DNA of 64,000 nt, taken from positions 15,533,873-15,597,872 of the forward strand of contig NC_083409.1 in NCBI RefSeq assembly GCF_020745735.1, given 5' to 3'. This document shows, one piece after another, positions 25,147 through 38,300 of this stretch; positions within the stretch are counted from its first letter, which is position 1; each line of letters starts with the position of its first letter. Both the position numbers and the translations under genes were made by a program. The stretch is from Hemiscyllium ocellatum (lineage: Eukaryota). The notes beneath the pieces are model-generated. The model did not search any database and had not been told where the DNA came from. It saw nothing but the letters and a program-made list of their open reading frames with translations.

Positions 25147-26530
25147 ATGACCACCTGGACCATCTCTGACAGCACCCTCCCCTTCCTGGACTACTCCATC
25201 TTCATTAATGATGACCGACTTGACACTGACATTTTATACAAATCTACCGACAACGAGGATTACACCACATCCCAACCTACCTCTTGCAAAAATGACATCC
25301 CATATTCCCAATTCCTCTGCCTCCGCCATATCTGCTCCCAGGAGGACCAGTTCCACCAAAGAACACACCAGATGGCCTCCTTATTTAGAGACTGCAATTT
25401 CTCTTCCCACATGGTCAAAGATGCGCTCCAACGCAGCTCGTCCACATCCCACCCCTCCGCCCTCAAACCCCACCCCTCCAAACATAACAAGGACAGAATC
25501 CCCCTGGTGCTCACCTTCCACCCTACCAACCTACGCATAAACCACATCATCCGACGACATTTCCGTCACCTCCTAACGGACTCCACCACCAGGGATATAT
25601 TTCCTCCCCACCCATTCCTGCTTTCCGCAAAGACCGTTCCCTCCGTGACTACCTGGTCAAGTCCACGTCCCCCAACAATCCACCCTCCCTTCCTGGCACC
25701 CTCCCCTGCCACCGCAGGAATTGCAAAGCCTGCGCCCACACCTCCTCCCTCACCTCCATCTAAGGCCCCAAAAGAGCCTTCCACATCCATCAAATTTTTA
25801 TCTGCACATCCACCAATATCATTTATTGTATCCGTTGCACCCGATGCAGTCTCCTTTATATTGGAGAGACTGGACGCCTCCTTGAAGAGTACTTTAGGGA
25901 ACACCTCAGGGACAAGCACACCAATCAACCCCACTGCCCTGTGGCCCAACATTTCAACTCCCCCTCCCACCTTGTCGAGGACATGCAAGTCCTAGGCCTC
26001 CTCCACTGCCGCTCCCTCACCACCCGATGCCTGGAGGAAGAACGCCTCATCTTCCGCCTCCGAACACTTCAATCCCATGGCATCAATGTGGATTTCACCA
26101 GCTTCCTCATTTCCCCTTCCCACACCTCACCCCAGCTCCAACGTTCCAGCCTCAGCACCATCCTCATGACCTGTCCTACCTGCTTATCTACCTTTCCACC
26201 TATCCACTCCACCCTCCTCTCTGACCTATCATCTCCATCCCCACCTGAATTCACCTATTGTACTCTTTGCTACCTTCCCCCACCCTCCTCTCTGACCTAT
26301 CACCTCCATCTCCACCCCATTCACCTATTGTACTCTATGCTACTTTCTCCCCAACCCCCCCATATTTATCTCTCCACTCTGCACCACCCTACTTCTATTC
26401 CTGATGAAGGGATTTTGCCCGAAACATTGATTTTCCTTCTCCATGGATGCTGCCTGACCTGCTGTGCTTTTCCAGCACCACTCTGATCGAGCCTCTGGTT
26501 TCCAGCATCTGCAGTCCTTGTTTTTACCGA
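25147..26530 (+). mobile_element. 5'-truncated PLE (RT C-terminus, GIY-YIG endonuclease, terminal repeat)
   Basis: IPYSQFLCLRHICS and RIPLVLTFHP; LEEERLIFRL; degenerate hammerhead at 26397-26432. Confidence 0.9.
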
Positions 26531-28149
26531 GAAACACAAAGCTGTTAGGACTCAATAATTACAATCTTCGACATTCCCTCTTCACTCTGTGGTCCACGCT
26601 CAGGTGCTGAGATTGCACTCTGCACTCTTTGCTGCATGCTGTGTTGTACCTGAAGTGATCTTAGGCCAATCACTAACACTGCAGGCTGTGTGTTCCTCTG
26701 AGTGCGAGTATACTACATAATGATGCCTGTAGGTGCCACTCTGAGTGTGTGTGTGATATTCAACCGAGTCAACCGAGAAGGAAATGAACAGCAGAGTTTG
26801 TTTTCTCTGTTGAATAAATTCACCTTGTTTGCTCCTTGAGCACCTGAATAAGGGGCGAGGCTTGTGTCTTATAATAAATCTATTGGATTATAACCTGGTG
26901 TCGTATGATTTTTGACCTTGTCCTCTGATCACTTTCAGGTTATTCCCACGAGCACTGCATGTTCTTGCTTCTCCAGGCCAAGAGGTGGCGATCTTGACAA
27001 TGGATTTGTCAATGGTCTCCATCAGAGGGGACCCACAAATCAGGGACAGAGACCAGAGATTACAGACCCCGCTCTTGCTCCTCAGTCCCAGACCCGAGCA
27101 CAACTGGCCCCCTGGGGTCCCGTTGTTGTGTCCCGGACCCTGTACATAATACAAAAGGGGCAACTGATCCTTCTGATTTTTCCCAACCTCACCAGGTCTC
27201 CACAGTCACTGAGATTATTTAAAGGCAGCCTTTGCCAATTAAGGACCCTGACTGATGGGAAACAGACTGAAATGGGTCAATAATACAGTATTGGGGAGTT
27301 ACAGATGCAGATTGCAAAGTAGAAATCTGATGCTGTGGCTCTAACAGAGATCGGGCGGGACTGGGAATTCCTGGATCCAAAGTGTTCAGTAAAGATAGGA
27401 AAGAAGGAAAACTACGGGAAGTGGTGGGATTGTTCTGGAGCCAGACAGTACTGACCAACCTTAGGCTCTGAGATATGATGGCGATGAAGGTGAACTCTAC
27501 TGGGTTTTAACTCACTGTTACCAGAGTAAAACAGGGATTACCCATTTCACAAGAGAGTAAGTGGAACTAACAAACCAGGTGCATGTGAAACACCCACCCC
27601 ATCCCTGAGAGAGGGGCACAAGAACAGGGACATTCTCAGACAGAAAGGTTGCTAAAAATGGTATCACCTCGAGAGTGAAGGGTGGGGTGGGGATAGTGAC
27701 AGTGACACCCCCCAGAGAGTGGGGAAAGCAACACTGACACATTTAAAACTGTATTATCATAAGTGAGAATTCAAACAGCCACCCACTCCGTCACACGGTG
27801 TTGAAGATGCACTGTCCTCATCATAACACGTTTGAAAACTTCTTCATAACACGTAAGGGGAGAGAAACATTGAAAACTGTATTGTCACGAGTGAGGATCC
27901 ATTGAATTCTCAGACCATGATATTAAATGTTCCCAGCCGTAAACAACACTGGTGTATTGACGTCATTCTCTTATTAAACAATATTAAAACCTCGGTCAAA
28001 CATTTTCCTGCAGACAGTGTATTTAAAATATCAAGAGGCTTCCCAATTTGTTGGTTTGATCAGTGACGTAGCAAGGAAGCAGCAGCTGCCCCATGAACTC
28101 CAACAAAAGAATGAGAACAGGCTCTTCATACGGAGCTGGCTCCCGAGAA

Positions 28150-29290
28150 TCCAATTCAACAGCAGGGACCAAAGAACAAGGAACAATACAGCACAGGAAC
28201 AGGCCCTTCGGCCCTTCAAGCCTGTGCTGATACATTTTGCCCTTCCTCACTGAAACTATCTTCACCTACAGGATTCATGTCCCCCTATTCCCTTCCTAAT
28301 CATGCATTAGTGCAGGTATTTCTTGAATATTTCTATTGTGTCTGCTTCCACCCCCTCCTCTGGCAGTGTGTTCCAGGTACTCAACTCCCTTTGTGTGAAA
28401 TACATGTCTCCCACATCTCTTTTAAATTCCCCCACCTCTGCACCTTGAACCTCTCTTCCCTGATAATTGATCCCTCCAAACTGGAAAATAAACGCCTCAT
28501 ATTTTACACTCTACCTATGCCGTTCACAACTTTACAAACTTCTATCGGGTCATGCCTCATTTTCCCCCATTCCAGTGAAAACAAACGCAGTCTATCCAAC
28601 ATTTCTTCAGAACTAAAATCTTTCATACCAGACAATATCCTGATAAACGTTTTCTGCACCATCTTCAAAGCATCCACATCCTTCTGGTAGTGTGGTGACC
28701 AGAACTGTATGCCATATTCCAAGTGTGGCCGTACTGAAGTTCGATAAAGCTGCACGTAACTTGTTTGTCCTTACACTCAATGCCCCTTCCAATGAAGGCA
28801 AGCAGGCCATAAGCCTTTTTTACTGCCTTACCTCCCTGTGCTGCCACCTTCAGTGATCTGTGAACATACACACCCAGATCCCGCTGCATATCAATACTCC
28901 AAAGGATTCTGCCATTCACTGTATAATTCCCACCTGTACATCATCTTTCAAAATGCATCACCTCACATTTGCCTGGATTAAACTACATCTTCCATTTTTC
29001 TGTCCATGCAACCAACTGATCTACATCCTGCTGTATCCTCTGACATACTTTCTCATTATCCGTAACTCTACCAATCTTTGTATTAACCGTAAACTTATTA
29101 ATTAGACCAGATACGTTTTCCTCCATATCATTAATGCAGACCATATACAGCAGAGTTCCCACCACCGATCCCTGTGGAACACCAGGAATCACAGCCCTCC
29201 ATTCTGAAAACCACCCTTCCAACACTGCCCTCTATCTCCTCTGACTCAGCCAGTTCTGTATCCAATGTTGGGAGCATTTTAGACAAGGCA
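28150..29290 (-). mobile_element. CR1 3' fragment
   Basis: PHLEYGIQFWSP and GVPQGSVVG motifs. Confidence 0.88.
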
Positions 29291-29791
29291 CCTTGTTGCC
29301 AGCTCGTTACTGCAACTTGATCCAGTACATTCAGAAAGAGGAAAAGGACAATGTGCAGATTGTTGAACAGGACCCTACACCTGGGCCTGAGGCAGGGGCC
29401 CAAGCTCCAACACACTGGCCTCACTTCACACCAACCTCCACACAGTGCGGGTTCATGAACTCCAGACATCAATCCCTCTGGGTCTGGGACGGAGTGAGGG
29501 AAGAGTCAACAGGGAGTAAAACAATACGGAGACACTGTGTTGGAAAGTGTTTTATGGAGGAAACATACTTTGTGATACTCAATACTGACATTATCTCCGT
29601 GTATCACAGAATGAAAAAGACATAATCTGGAGACAATCAAAAGTCACACCAAAGTACTTCGTTTTGATATATCATTGCATGCAGGGCATTTTCATTGCGG
29701 TGAGATAAGTATCCTGGTCCGAAAGCTGTTCTCTCTCTCTCTCTCTGTTTCTCCTCGTTTCTACAGATGGAGCCGGTTAGATCCTCATGAG

Positions 29792-32105
29792 TAAAAAATG
29801 AGGTCTGCAGATGCTGGAGATCACAGCTGCAAATGTGTTGCTGGTCAAAGCACAGCAGGTCAGGCAGCATCTCAGGAATAGAGAATTCGACGTTTCGAGC
29901 ATAAGCCCTTCATCAGGAATAAGAGAGAGAGAGCCAAGCAGGCTAAGATAAAAGGTAGGGAGGAGGGACTAGGGGGAGGGGCGATGGAGGTGGGATAGGT
30001 GGAAGGAGGTCAAGGTGAGGGTGATAGGCCGGAGTGGGGTGGGGGCGGAGAGGTCAGGAAGAGGATTGCAGGTTAGGAGGGCAGTGCTGAGTTGAGGGAA
30101 CCGACTGAGACAAGGTGGGGGGAGGGGAAATGAGGAAGCTGGAGAAATCTGAATTCATACCTTGTGGTTGGAGGGTTCCCAGGCGGAAGATGAGGCGCTC
30201 CTCCTCCAGCCGTCGTGTAGTTGTGTTCTGCCGGTGGAGGAGTCCAAGGACCTGCATGTCCTCGGTGGAGTGGGAGGGGGAGTTAAAGTGTTGAGCCACG
30301 GGGTGATTGGGTTGGTTGGTTCAGGCGGCCCAGAGGTGTTCTCTGAAGCGTTCCGCAAGTAAGCGGCCTGTCTCACCAATATAGAGGAGGCCACATCGGG
30401 TGCAGCGGATGCAATAGATGATGTGTGTGGAGGTACAGGTGAACTTGTGGCGGATATGGAAGGATCCCTTGGGGCCTTGGAGGGACGTGAGTGTGGAGGT
30501 GTGGGCGCAAGTTTTACATTTCCTGCGGTTGCAGGGGAAGGTGCCGGGGGTGGAGGTTGGGTTGGTGGGGGGTGTGGATCTGACAAGGGAGTCACGAAGG
30601 GAGTGGTCCTTGCGGAACGCTGATAGGGGAGGGGAGGGAAATATATCCTTGGTGGTGGGGTCCGTTTGGAGGTGGCGGAAATGGCAGCGGATGATACGTT
30701 GTATGCGCAGGTTGGTGGGGTGGTAGGTGAGAACCAGTGGGGTTCTGTCTTGGTGGCGGTTGGAGGAGCGGGGCTCAAGGGCGGAGGAGCGGGAAGTGGA
30801 GGAGATGCGGTGGAGGGCATCGTCGATCACGTCTGGGGGGAATCTGCGGTCCTTGAAGAAGGAGGCCATCTGGGCTGTGCGGTGTTGGAATTGGTCCTCC
30901 TGGGAGCAGATGCGGCGGAGCCGAAGGAATTGGGAATATGGGATGGCGTTTTTACAGGGGGCAGGGTGGGAGGAGGTGTAGTCCAGGTAGCTGTGGGAGT
31001 CAGTCGGTTTATAATAGATGTCTGTGTTGAGTCGGTCGCCCGAGATAGAAATGGAAAGGTCTAGGAAGGGGAGGGAGGAGTCTGAGACAGTCCAGGTGAA
31101 TTTCAGGTCGGGATGGAAGGTGTTAGTAAAGTTGATGAACTGTTCAACCTCCTCGTGGGAGCACGAGGCAGCGCCGATACAGTCATCGATGTAGCGGAGG
31201 AAAAGGTGGGGGGAAGTGTAGTTGCGGAAGATGGACTGTTCCACATATCCTACGAAGATGCAGGCATAGCTGGGCCCATGCGGGTGCCCATGGCAACTCC
31301 TTTCGTTTGGAGGAAGTGGGAGGATTGAAAAGAGAAGTTATTCAGGGTGAGGACCAGTTCATTCAGTCGAAGGAGGGTGTCAGTGGAAGGGTACTGGTTG
31401 GTGCGGCGGGAAAGGAAGTAGCGGAGGGCTTTGAGTCCTTCGTGATGGGGGATGGAGGTGTACAGGGACTGGATGTCCATAGTGAAAATAAGGCGTTGGG
31501 GACCGGGGAAGCGAAAATCCTGGAGGAGGTGGAGGGCGTGGGTGGTGTCCCGAACGTAGGTGGGGAGTTCTTGGACTAAAGGGGACAGGACCGTGTCGAG
31601 GTATTGGGAGATGAGTTCGGTGGGGCAGGAGCAGGCTGAGACAATGGGTCGGCCGGGGCAGGCAGGTTTGTGGATTTTGGGCAGGAGGTAGAAACGGGTG
31701 GTGCGGGGTTGTGGGACTATGAGGTTGGAGGCGGTGGATGGGAGATCCCCTGAGGTGATGAGGTCCTGGATGGTCTGGGAGATGATGGTTTGGTGGTGGG
31801 AGGTGGGGTCGTGGTCAAGGGGGCGATAAGAGGAGGCGTCCGCGAGCTGGCGTTTGGCTTCAGCGGTGTACAGGTCAGTGCGCCAAACTACCACCGCGCC
31901 TCCCTTGTCTGCGGGTTTGATGGTGAGGTTGGGATTGGAGCGGAGGGAGTGGAGGGCTGCACGTTCTGAGGGTGAGAGGTTGGAGTGGGTGAGAGGGGTG
32001 GACAGGTTGAGTCGGTTGATGTCACGGCGGCAGTTGGCTATCAAGAGGTCGAGCACGGCGGCAGTTGGCTATAAAGAGGTCGAGCACGGCGGCAGTTGGC
32101 TATAA
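29792..32105 (-). mobile_element. PLE, 5'-truncated, near-intact RT and GIY-YIG ORF
   Basis: IKPADKGG, GRPIVS, MDIQSLYTSIP, GVAMGTRMGP, RYIDD, YCIRC...LYIGETGR; one 1-bp frameshift (~31275) and one TGA (30321-30323); 13-bp TSD agatcctcatgag at 29779-29791 and 32106-32118. Confidence 0.95.
29885..29920 (-). ncRNA. Minimal type I hammerhead ribozyme in the PLE 3' terminal repeat
   Basis: Minus strand ATTC-CTGATGA-A-GGGC/TTAT/GCTC-GAAAC-GTC-GAAT. Confidence 0.8.
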
Positions 32106-35100
32106 AGATCCTCATGAGCCCGAGTTTATTTATACTGTTCAGTAATGTGGGGATGCCGATGGTGGACTGGGGTACACCTGATGAAGGAGCAGCACTTCGG
32201 AAACTTGTGATTGCAAATGAACCTGTTGGGTTAGAACCTGGTGTTGTGTGACTTCTGATTTTGTATTGTTTGGACACAGTGAAACAACCTCCTTCTGGTA
32301 ACTATAGAGTACTTGCACTGCGACTGAGGATTATGGGTAACGACTCCTTCCATTAGCCATGAGTAAACCCACAGTCATTCCAGTCGATTCCAGTAGAAAT
32401 GACCTGTCAGTTGCTTCCCTGAAATTACATGGTTCAATACCGCCCTCTCCAGGACAATTCAGGAAGGGAAACAAATAACCGACACGTCAACGTCTACCCC
32501 ATCCCTGGAGAAATCAAAATAAATGGCATACAGTTCAAATGATCAAACTGGTGAGGCTTGAATTCATCTCCTTGAAAGACTGGAGCCTTAGCCAGAAACT
32601 GAGCCATGACATGGGTGAACCTGGTTTGTCAGATTGAAAGGTCGAGTGTCCTTCGGATGAGCACTGGAATCAACAACAAATTGAATTATACTCAAAGATC
32701 TAACAAACGGTTCTCAAAGCGTGCCCGCCAAACTGCAGAGAGCAGCACTTCAGGCTTCGCGTCCCCATCTCCATCCTTGCTTGTTGCCCTTCCTCACTGT
32801 CCTGCAGAGGGCAGTGGTGAGCCATGAGTTTCCCGAAGAGGATCTGAAGGAGGGACAAGATCATGTCCTCGGCCTGAGCACAACTGCCTGACCTGCTGTG
32901 CTTTTCCAGCACCACACTTTTCGACTCCGAGCAAACTATCCCTCAGGAGAATGAGCTGTGACACAAGAGGAAACGTGGGAGTGTTGGAAAGGCACCGGCA
33001 GCCTGGTCAGCCTGCAGAGGGGCAGAAACAGATTTGATGAATGAGCTGATATGATCCCGAGCTGAGATGCAGACTCAGGCTTTCAGAGCTACACAGTTTA
33101 CATTGTTATTGACCGTGACTCCATGGACAATGCTCCTGGCCCATAGTCAAAATGGTCATCGGATTGAAAGCCACCTCAGAAATGAGAGAACAGATTCCAG
33201 GCTGAGACTGTGGTGCACTGCTACAAGTTGCACAGTCTCTGGCACCATCATTTGAGACTCCATCACCACCACACCCCGACCATCCCCAACCCCACCTCAG
33301 GGGGCTCGACAAGATCCCATTCTGAGGAGATTCCCTCGGGGGCCCTGCTCAAAATTCAACTCGTGCCACCAACACACATTTGTTTTGTTATTCATTTACT
33401 GTCTGTGGGGCCTTACCATCTTGTCTATGAATGTGACTGCTCTATGCTCACAGCTTTGACTATTCTGCGATGATTTTAAAAACTGCATCAACAAGAGTTC
33501 TTTCCACATTTTTATGTAAAAGGGGAGCAGTGAGCAAGTGAAAATGCACACCGAAGGCAAACACTGAAGCTTCAGCCAAAGGTTTTTTTTGCGCCATGTT
33601 ATCCTGCATCCTGGGCATTTCCTTCCAATGTCCGAGATGGTTATCAGACTGTGAGGGAGGCTGACAGATCAGACGGAATCCTTCAGACAAGGTACACAAG
33701 GGCACAGTCCAGGCTTGCTGTAAACATTGGCCTTCCTTCTGTTGAAGGGCTGGGAGCTTCCCTATGGCAGTTTCTCAAACACATCCTCTGTGGAATTATC
33801 ACAGACTCTACTGAAATGGAATCAACTCAGAGGGGAGAAGAAAATGGGAAGAAGGGTGAGCATCAAGATAGGTGGGCGTGTGTGGAAGATTCGGTGCCAT
33901 TAAAATTCCCAACTGGGTATCACAAGGAAAACTCAAATCGTTATGAGGATATAACAGGGAGAATCCTCACTGATATAAACAGGCTGAGTGTCAGAGACCC
34001 CGAGCCTCCAGTGCCTGACTCTCTCTGAGGCATTACAGTCAAGGACTGTTCATGTGTCAATGAAGGGAGACTTGGTGACATGGGGTTATATTATAATCAA
34101 TGATCGGAGAGGTACAGATTAAAGATAAATGGCCGAAGTTTCAGAGGGAGCATAAGGAAACACATTTTCACCCAGAGGGTGGTGGCAGTCTGGGGACTCA
34201 CTGCCTGTAAGGGTAGTTGAGGCAGAAACCCTCCCATAACATTGAAATGTTTCAATGTGCAGCTGTGATGCCAAGGCATACAGGGCTACAGGCCAAGTGC
34301 TGGAACATGGAATTAGAATGGTGAGGTGGATGTTTGACTGGCTTTGGCTCATTGGGCCAAAGGGCCTTGTTCTTGTCGACCAATTGTAGAAGTCTGACTC
34401 TCCCAGGACTCCAGCAATGTGGCTGACCCTTACCTGCCATTTGAAAGGCCGAACAAGCCACTCAGTTTCAGGGCAGTTAGAGATGGAGAACAAATGCTAG
34501 TTTTGCCAGTGACCCCCACATCCCAGGAAAGAATAGACGGCCTCAGTGGTAACACCGTCACCTGAACCTGCAGGTTTCAAGCCCCACTCCAGACACTGGA
34601 GCAATATCCTGAGGCTGGCAAAGACAAAGATGCCATCTGCTGGATGATCGGTTAAACCACTGCCGTCTCAGGTCGATGTGAATATAAGGGCGTTGTGACC
34701 GTCTCAGGGAAACTCTTCCCAGTGTGCTGGCCAATGCTTCTCTTATAACCAATGGCATTAAAACAGATACAAAACCAAAAAAATACTGCAAATCTCAAAT
34801 AGAAGCACAATGCTGGAGAAAGGGAACAGGTGCACCCTCTGTGGGGAGAGGAGGAGTTAGCTTTTTGGGTGCAGTGATGTTTTATCAAAAAGGCAGCAAA
34901 ATTATATTTTATTTAATTTTATTTGTTTTATATTATTTTATTTAAATTTTGCTGAAAAAAAGTTTAGCCTGCTTGATTGGCACCACATCCAAAACATCCA
35001 GTCCCTCCACACTGACGTTCAGTAACAGCTGTGTGTTCGATTTACAAGATGCACTGCAGAGATTCACCAAAGATCCTGAGACAACAGCTTCCAAACCCAT

Positions 35101-35374
35101 GACATTTAAATCAAGGACAAGGGCAGCAGATACATGGGAACTTCACTGCAGCAAGATCCCCCCCAAGACATTCACCAGTTTGATTTGGAAATATAACACT
35201 GTTTCTACATCATCACTGGGTCAGAATCCTGGAATTCTCTTCCTAAAGGCATTTTGGGTCTACTTCCAGCACACAGACTGTAGGGGTTCAAGAACTCAGC
35301 TTAGCAGCACCTTGTCCGTGACAATTAAAGATGGACAGTAAAATGGCTGGTAAAAGTATGAGTTGGCATGCTTT

Positions 35375-38300
35375 GAACATAGAACATAGAACAGTACAGC
35401 ACAGAACAGGCCCTTCAGCCCACAATGTTGTGCCGACCATTGATCGTCATGTGAGCTGAACCTAATGTACGAACTCTCAAATTTCTGTGACCATATGCAT
35501 GTCCAGCAGTCTCTTAAATATCCCCAATGACCTCACTTCCACAACTGCTGCTGGCTACTCATTCCATGCTCTCACAACTCTCTGCGTAAAGAACCCGCCT
35601 CTGACATCCCCTCTATATACTTTCCGCCAAACAGCTTAAAACTATGACTCCCCGTGTTAACAGTTTCTGCCCTGGGAAAAAGTCTCTGGCTATCAACTCT
35701 GTCAATGCCTCTCATTATCTTGTACATCTCAGTTAGGTCCCCTCTCTTCCTTCTTTTTTCCAATGATAAAAGTCCGAACTCAGTGAACCTCTCTTCATAA
35801 GATAAACCCTCCATTCCAGGCAGCATCCTGGTAAACCTCCTCTGAACCCTCTCCAAAGCATCCACATCTTTCCGATAATAGGGCGACCAGAACTGGACAC
35901 AATATACCAAGTGCGGTCTAACCAAAGTTTTATAGAGCTGCAACAAGATCTCATGGCTCTTAAACTCAATCCCCCTGTTAATGAAAGCCAAAACACCATA
36001 TGCTTTCTTAACAACCTGTCCACTTGGGTGACAATTTTAAGGGATCTATGTACCTGCACACCAAGATCCCGCTGTTCCTCCACACTGCCAAGAATCTTTT
36101 CTTTAATCCTGTACTCAACTTTCAAGTTCGACCTTCCAAAATGCTTCAATTCACATTTATCCAGGTTGAACTCCATCTGCCACCTCTCAGCCCATCTCTG
36201 CATCCTTTCAATGTCACGCTGCAGCCTACAACTGTCCTCTATACTGTCAATGACAACTCCAACCTTTGTGTCATCTGCAAACTTGCTAACCCATCCTTCA
36301 ATCTCCTCATCCAAGTCATTAATAAAAATTACAAAGAGTAGAGGCCCAAGAACAGAGCCCCGTGGAACACCACTCACCACTGACTTCCATGCAGAATACT
36401 ATCCTTCCACGACACACTCGCTGCCTTCTGTCGACCAGCCAATTCTGTATCCAGACAGTTAAACGTCCCTGTATGACCTGATGAACGAGCCTACCATGGG
36501 GAATCTTATCAAATGCCTTGCTGAAGTCCATATACACCACATCTACCGCTCGACCCTCATCAACTTGTCCAGGAACATCCTCAAAGAATTCAATAAGATT
36601 CGTGAGGTATGACCAGCCCTTCACAAAGCCGTACTGACTGCATTTAATCAAGCCATGCTCTTCCAGATGGTCATAAATCCTATCCCTCAGAATCCTTTCT
36701 AACACCTTGCAGACAACAGAACGTGAGACTGATTGTTCTATAATTGCTGAGGATTTCCCTATTTCCTTTCTTGAAGAGAGGAATTACATTTGCATCCCTC
36801 CAGTTCCAGGTATGACTCCGGTGGAGAGCGAGGATGCAAAGATCTTCGCAATCGGCGAAGTAATCACATTTCTTGCTTCCAAAGCAGCCGAGGACAAAGT
36901 CTGGTCTGGCCTTGGCGACTTGTCAATCTTAATGCTTGCCAAAATTTTCAGCACATTAGCTTCCTCAATCTCTATCCGTTCCAGCATGCTTACCTGCTCC
37001 TCAATGGGTTCATTCACTACAAGGTCCTTTTCTTCAGTAAAGACAGAAGCAAAAAACTCATTTAGGGCTTTCCCTACCTCCTCAGACTCTATACACAAGT
37101 TCCCTATGCAATCCCTGATCGGCCCTATTCTTTCTTTGATCATTCTCTTATTCCTGACATATGTGTAAAATACCTTTGGATTCTCCCTAATATTTGCTGC
37201 CAAGCCTTTGTTGTGCCCCCTCCTGGCTCTCCTCAGACCATTGTTGAACTCCTTCCTCGCCTGCCTGTAATCCTCTAGAGCTGAGCGAGACCCTAGCTTC
37301 CTCTACCTTACGTAAGCTGCCTTCTTTCTTTTGACAAGAAGCTGCTCCGCTCTCGTCATTCAAGTATCCTTTATCTTAACCCTTTTTGCCTCTCTCAGAG
37401 GAACACATTTATGCATCACTCGCAACAACTGTTCCTTAAACCGTCTCCACATGTCTATAATGCCCTTTCCATGCAACAATTGCTCCCAGTCCATGCTTCC
37501 CAACTCAAGTCTCATAGCATCATAGTTTCCTTTTCCTCAATTAAGTATCCTCCCATTGTACCTGCTTCTCTCCTTCTCCATAGCTAGGTAGAATGCGAGG
37601 CGGTTGTGGTCACTATTACCAAAATGCTCTCCCACCGCAAGATCTGACACCTGCCCTGGCTCATTGCCAAGCACCAAATCCAAAATAGCCTCTCTCCTCG
37701 TCGGCCTGTCAATGTTCTGAGTTAGGAAACTCTCCTGAACACACCTTACTAAAACAGCTCCTTCCAAACCATCTGCTCGAAGGAGGTTCCAATCAATAGG
37801 CAGTACGGTGGCACAGTGGTTAGCACTGCTACCTCACACACCTGAGACCCGGGTTCATTTCCCGCCTCAGTCGGCTGACTGTGTGGAGTTTGCACGTTCT
37901 CCCTGTGTCTGCGTGGGTTTCCTCCGGGTGCTCCGGTTTCCTCCCACAGTCCAAAGATGTGCAGGCCAGGTGAATTGGCCATGTTAAATTGCCCGTAGTG
38001 TTAGGTAAGGGGTAAATGTATGGGTGGGTTGCGCTTCGGTGGGTCGGTGTGGACTTGTTGGGCCGAAGGGCCTGTTTCCACACTGTAATGTAATCTAATC
38101 AACATTGGGAAAGTTAAAGTCACCCATTACAACAACCCGACTACATTCACACTTTTCCAAAATCTGCCGACCTATGTTTTCTTCAATCTCCCTGCTGCTA
38201 TTGTGGGGCCTGTAGTAAACCCCTAATGAGGTGACTGCTCCCTTACTGTTCCTAATTTCCACCCATACTGACTCAGTAGGCAGACCATCCTCGACAATGG

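Larger units (their letters stand above)
28040..38275 (+). repeat. Segmental duplication block A (inverted paralogue at 55524-61632)
   Basis: Unique and repeat sequence collinear with the reverse complement of 55524-61632; ~90-93% identity in spot checks; 28802-32619 absent from the other copy. Confidence 0.92.

Noticed and set aside
26581-26606. J-like string tcactctgtggtccacgctcaggt
   Set aside because: Resembles the J 5' end but the heptamer is broken, there is no nonamer, and no FGxG continuation
30418-31064. Several long plus-strand ORFs (also 25566-25988 on minus)
   Set aside because: Antisense shadows of GC-rich PLE coding sequence
32177-32215. Second-family hammerhead-like core CTGATGA...GGAAAC
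   Set aside because: Stem II and stem III pairing are disrupted; treated as a decayed PLE-derived remnant
33415-33515. Exon-like segment on minus (MWKELLLMQFLKSSQNSQSCEHRAVTFIDKM|gtaag)
   Set aside because: No acceptor AG, donor is lost in the duplicate (~60083), and no recognisable homologue
37799-37870. tRNA-like sequence
   Set aside because: It is the tRNA-derived head of a V-SINE and forms no complete cloverleaf
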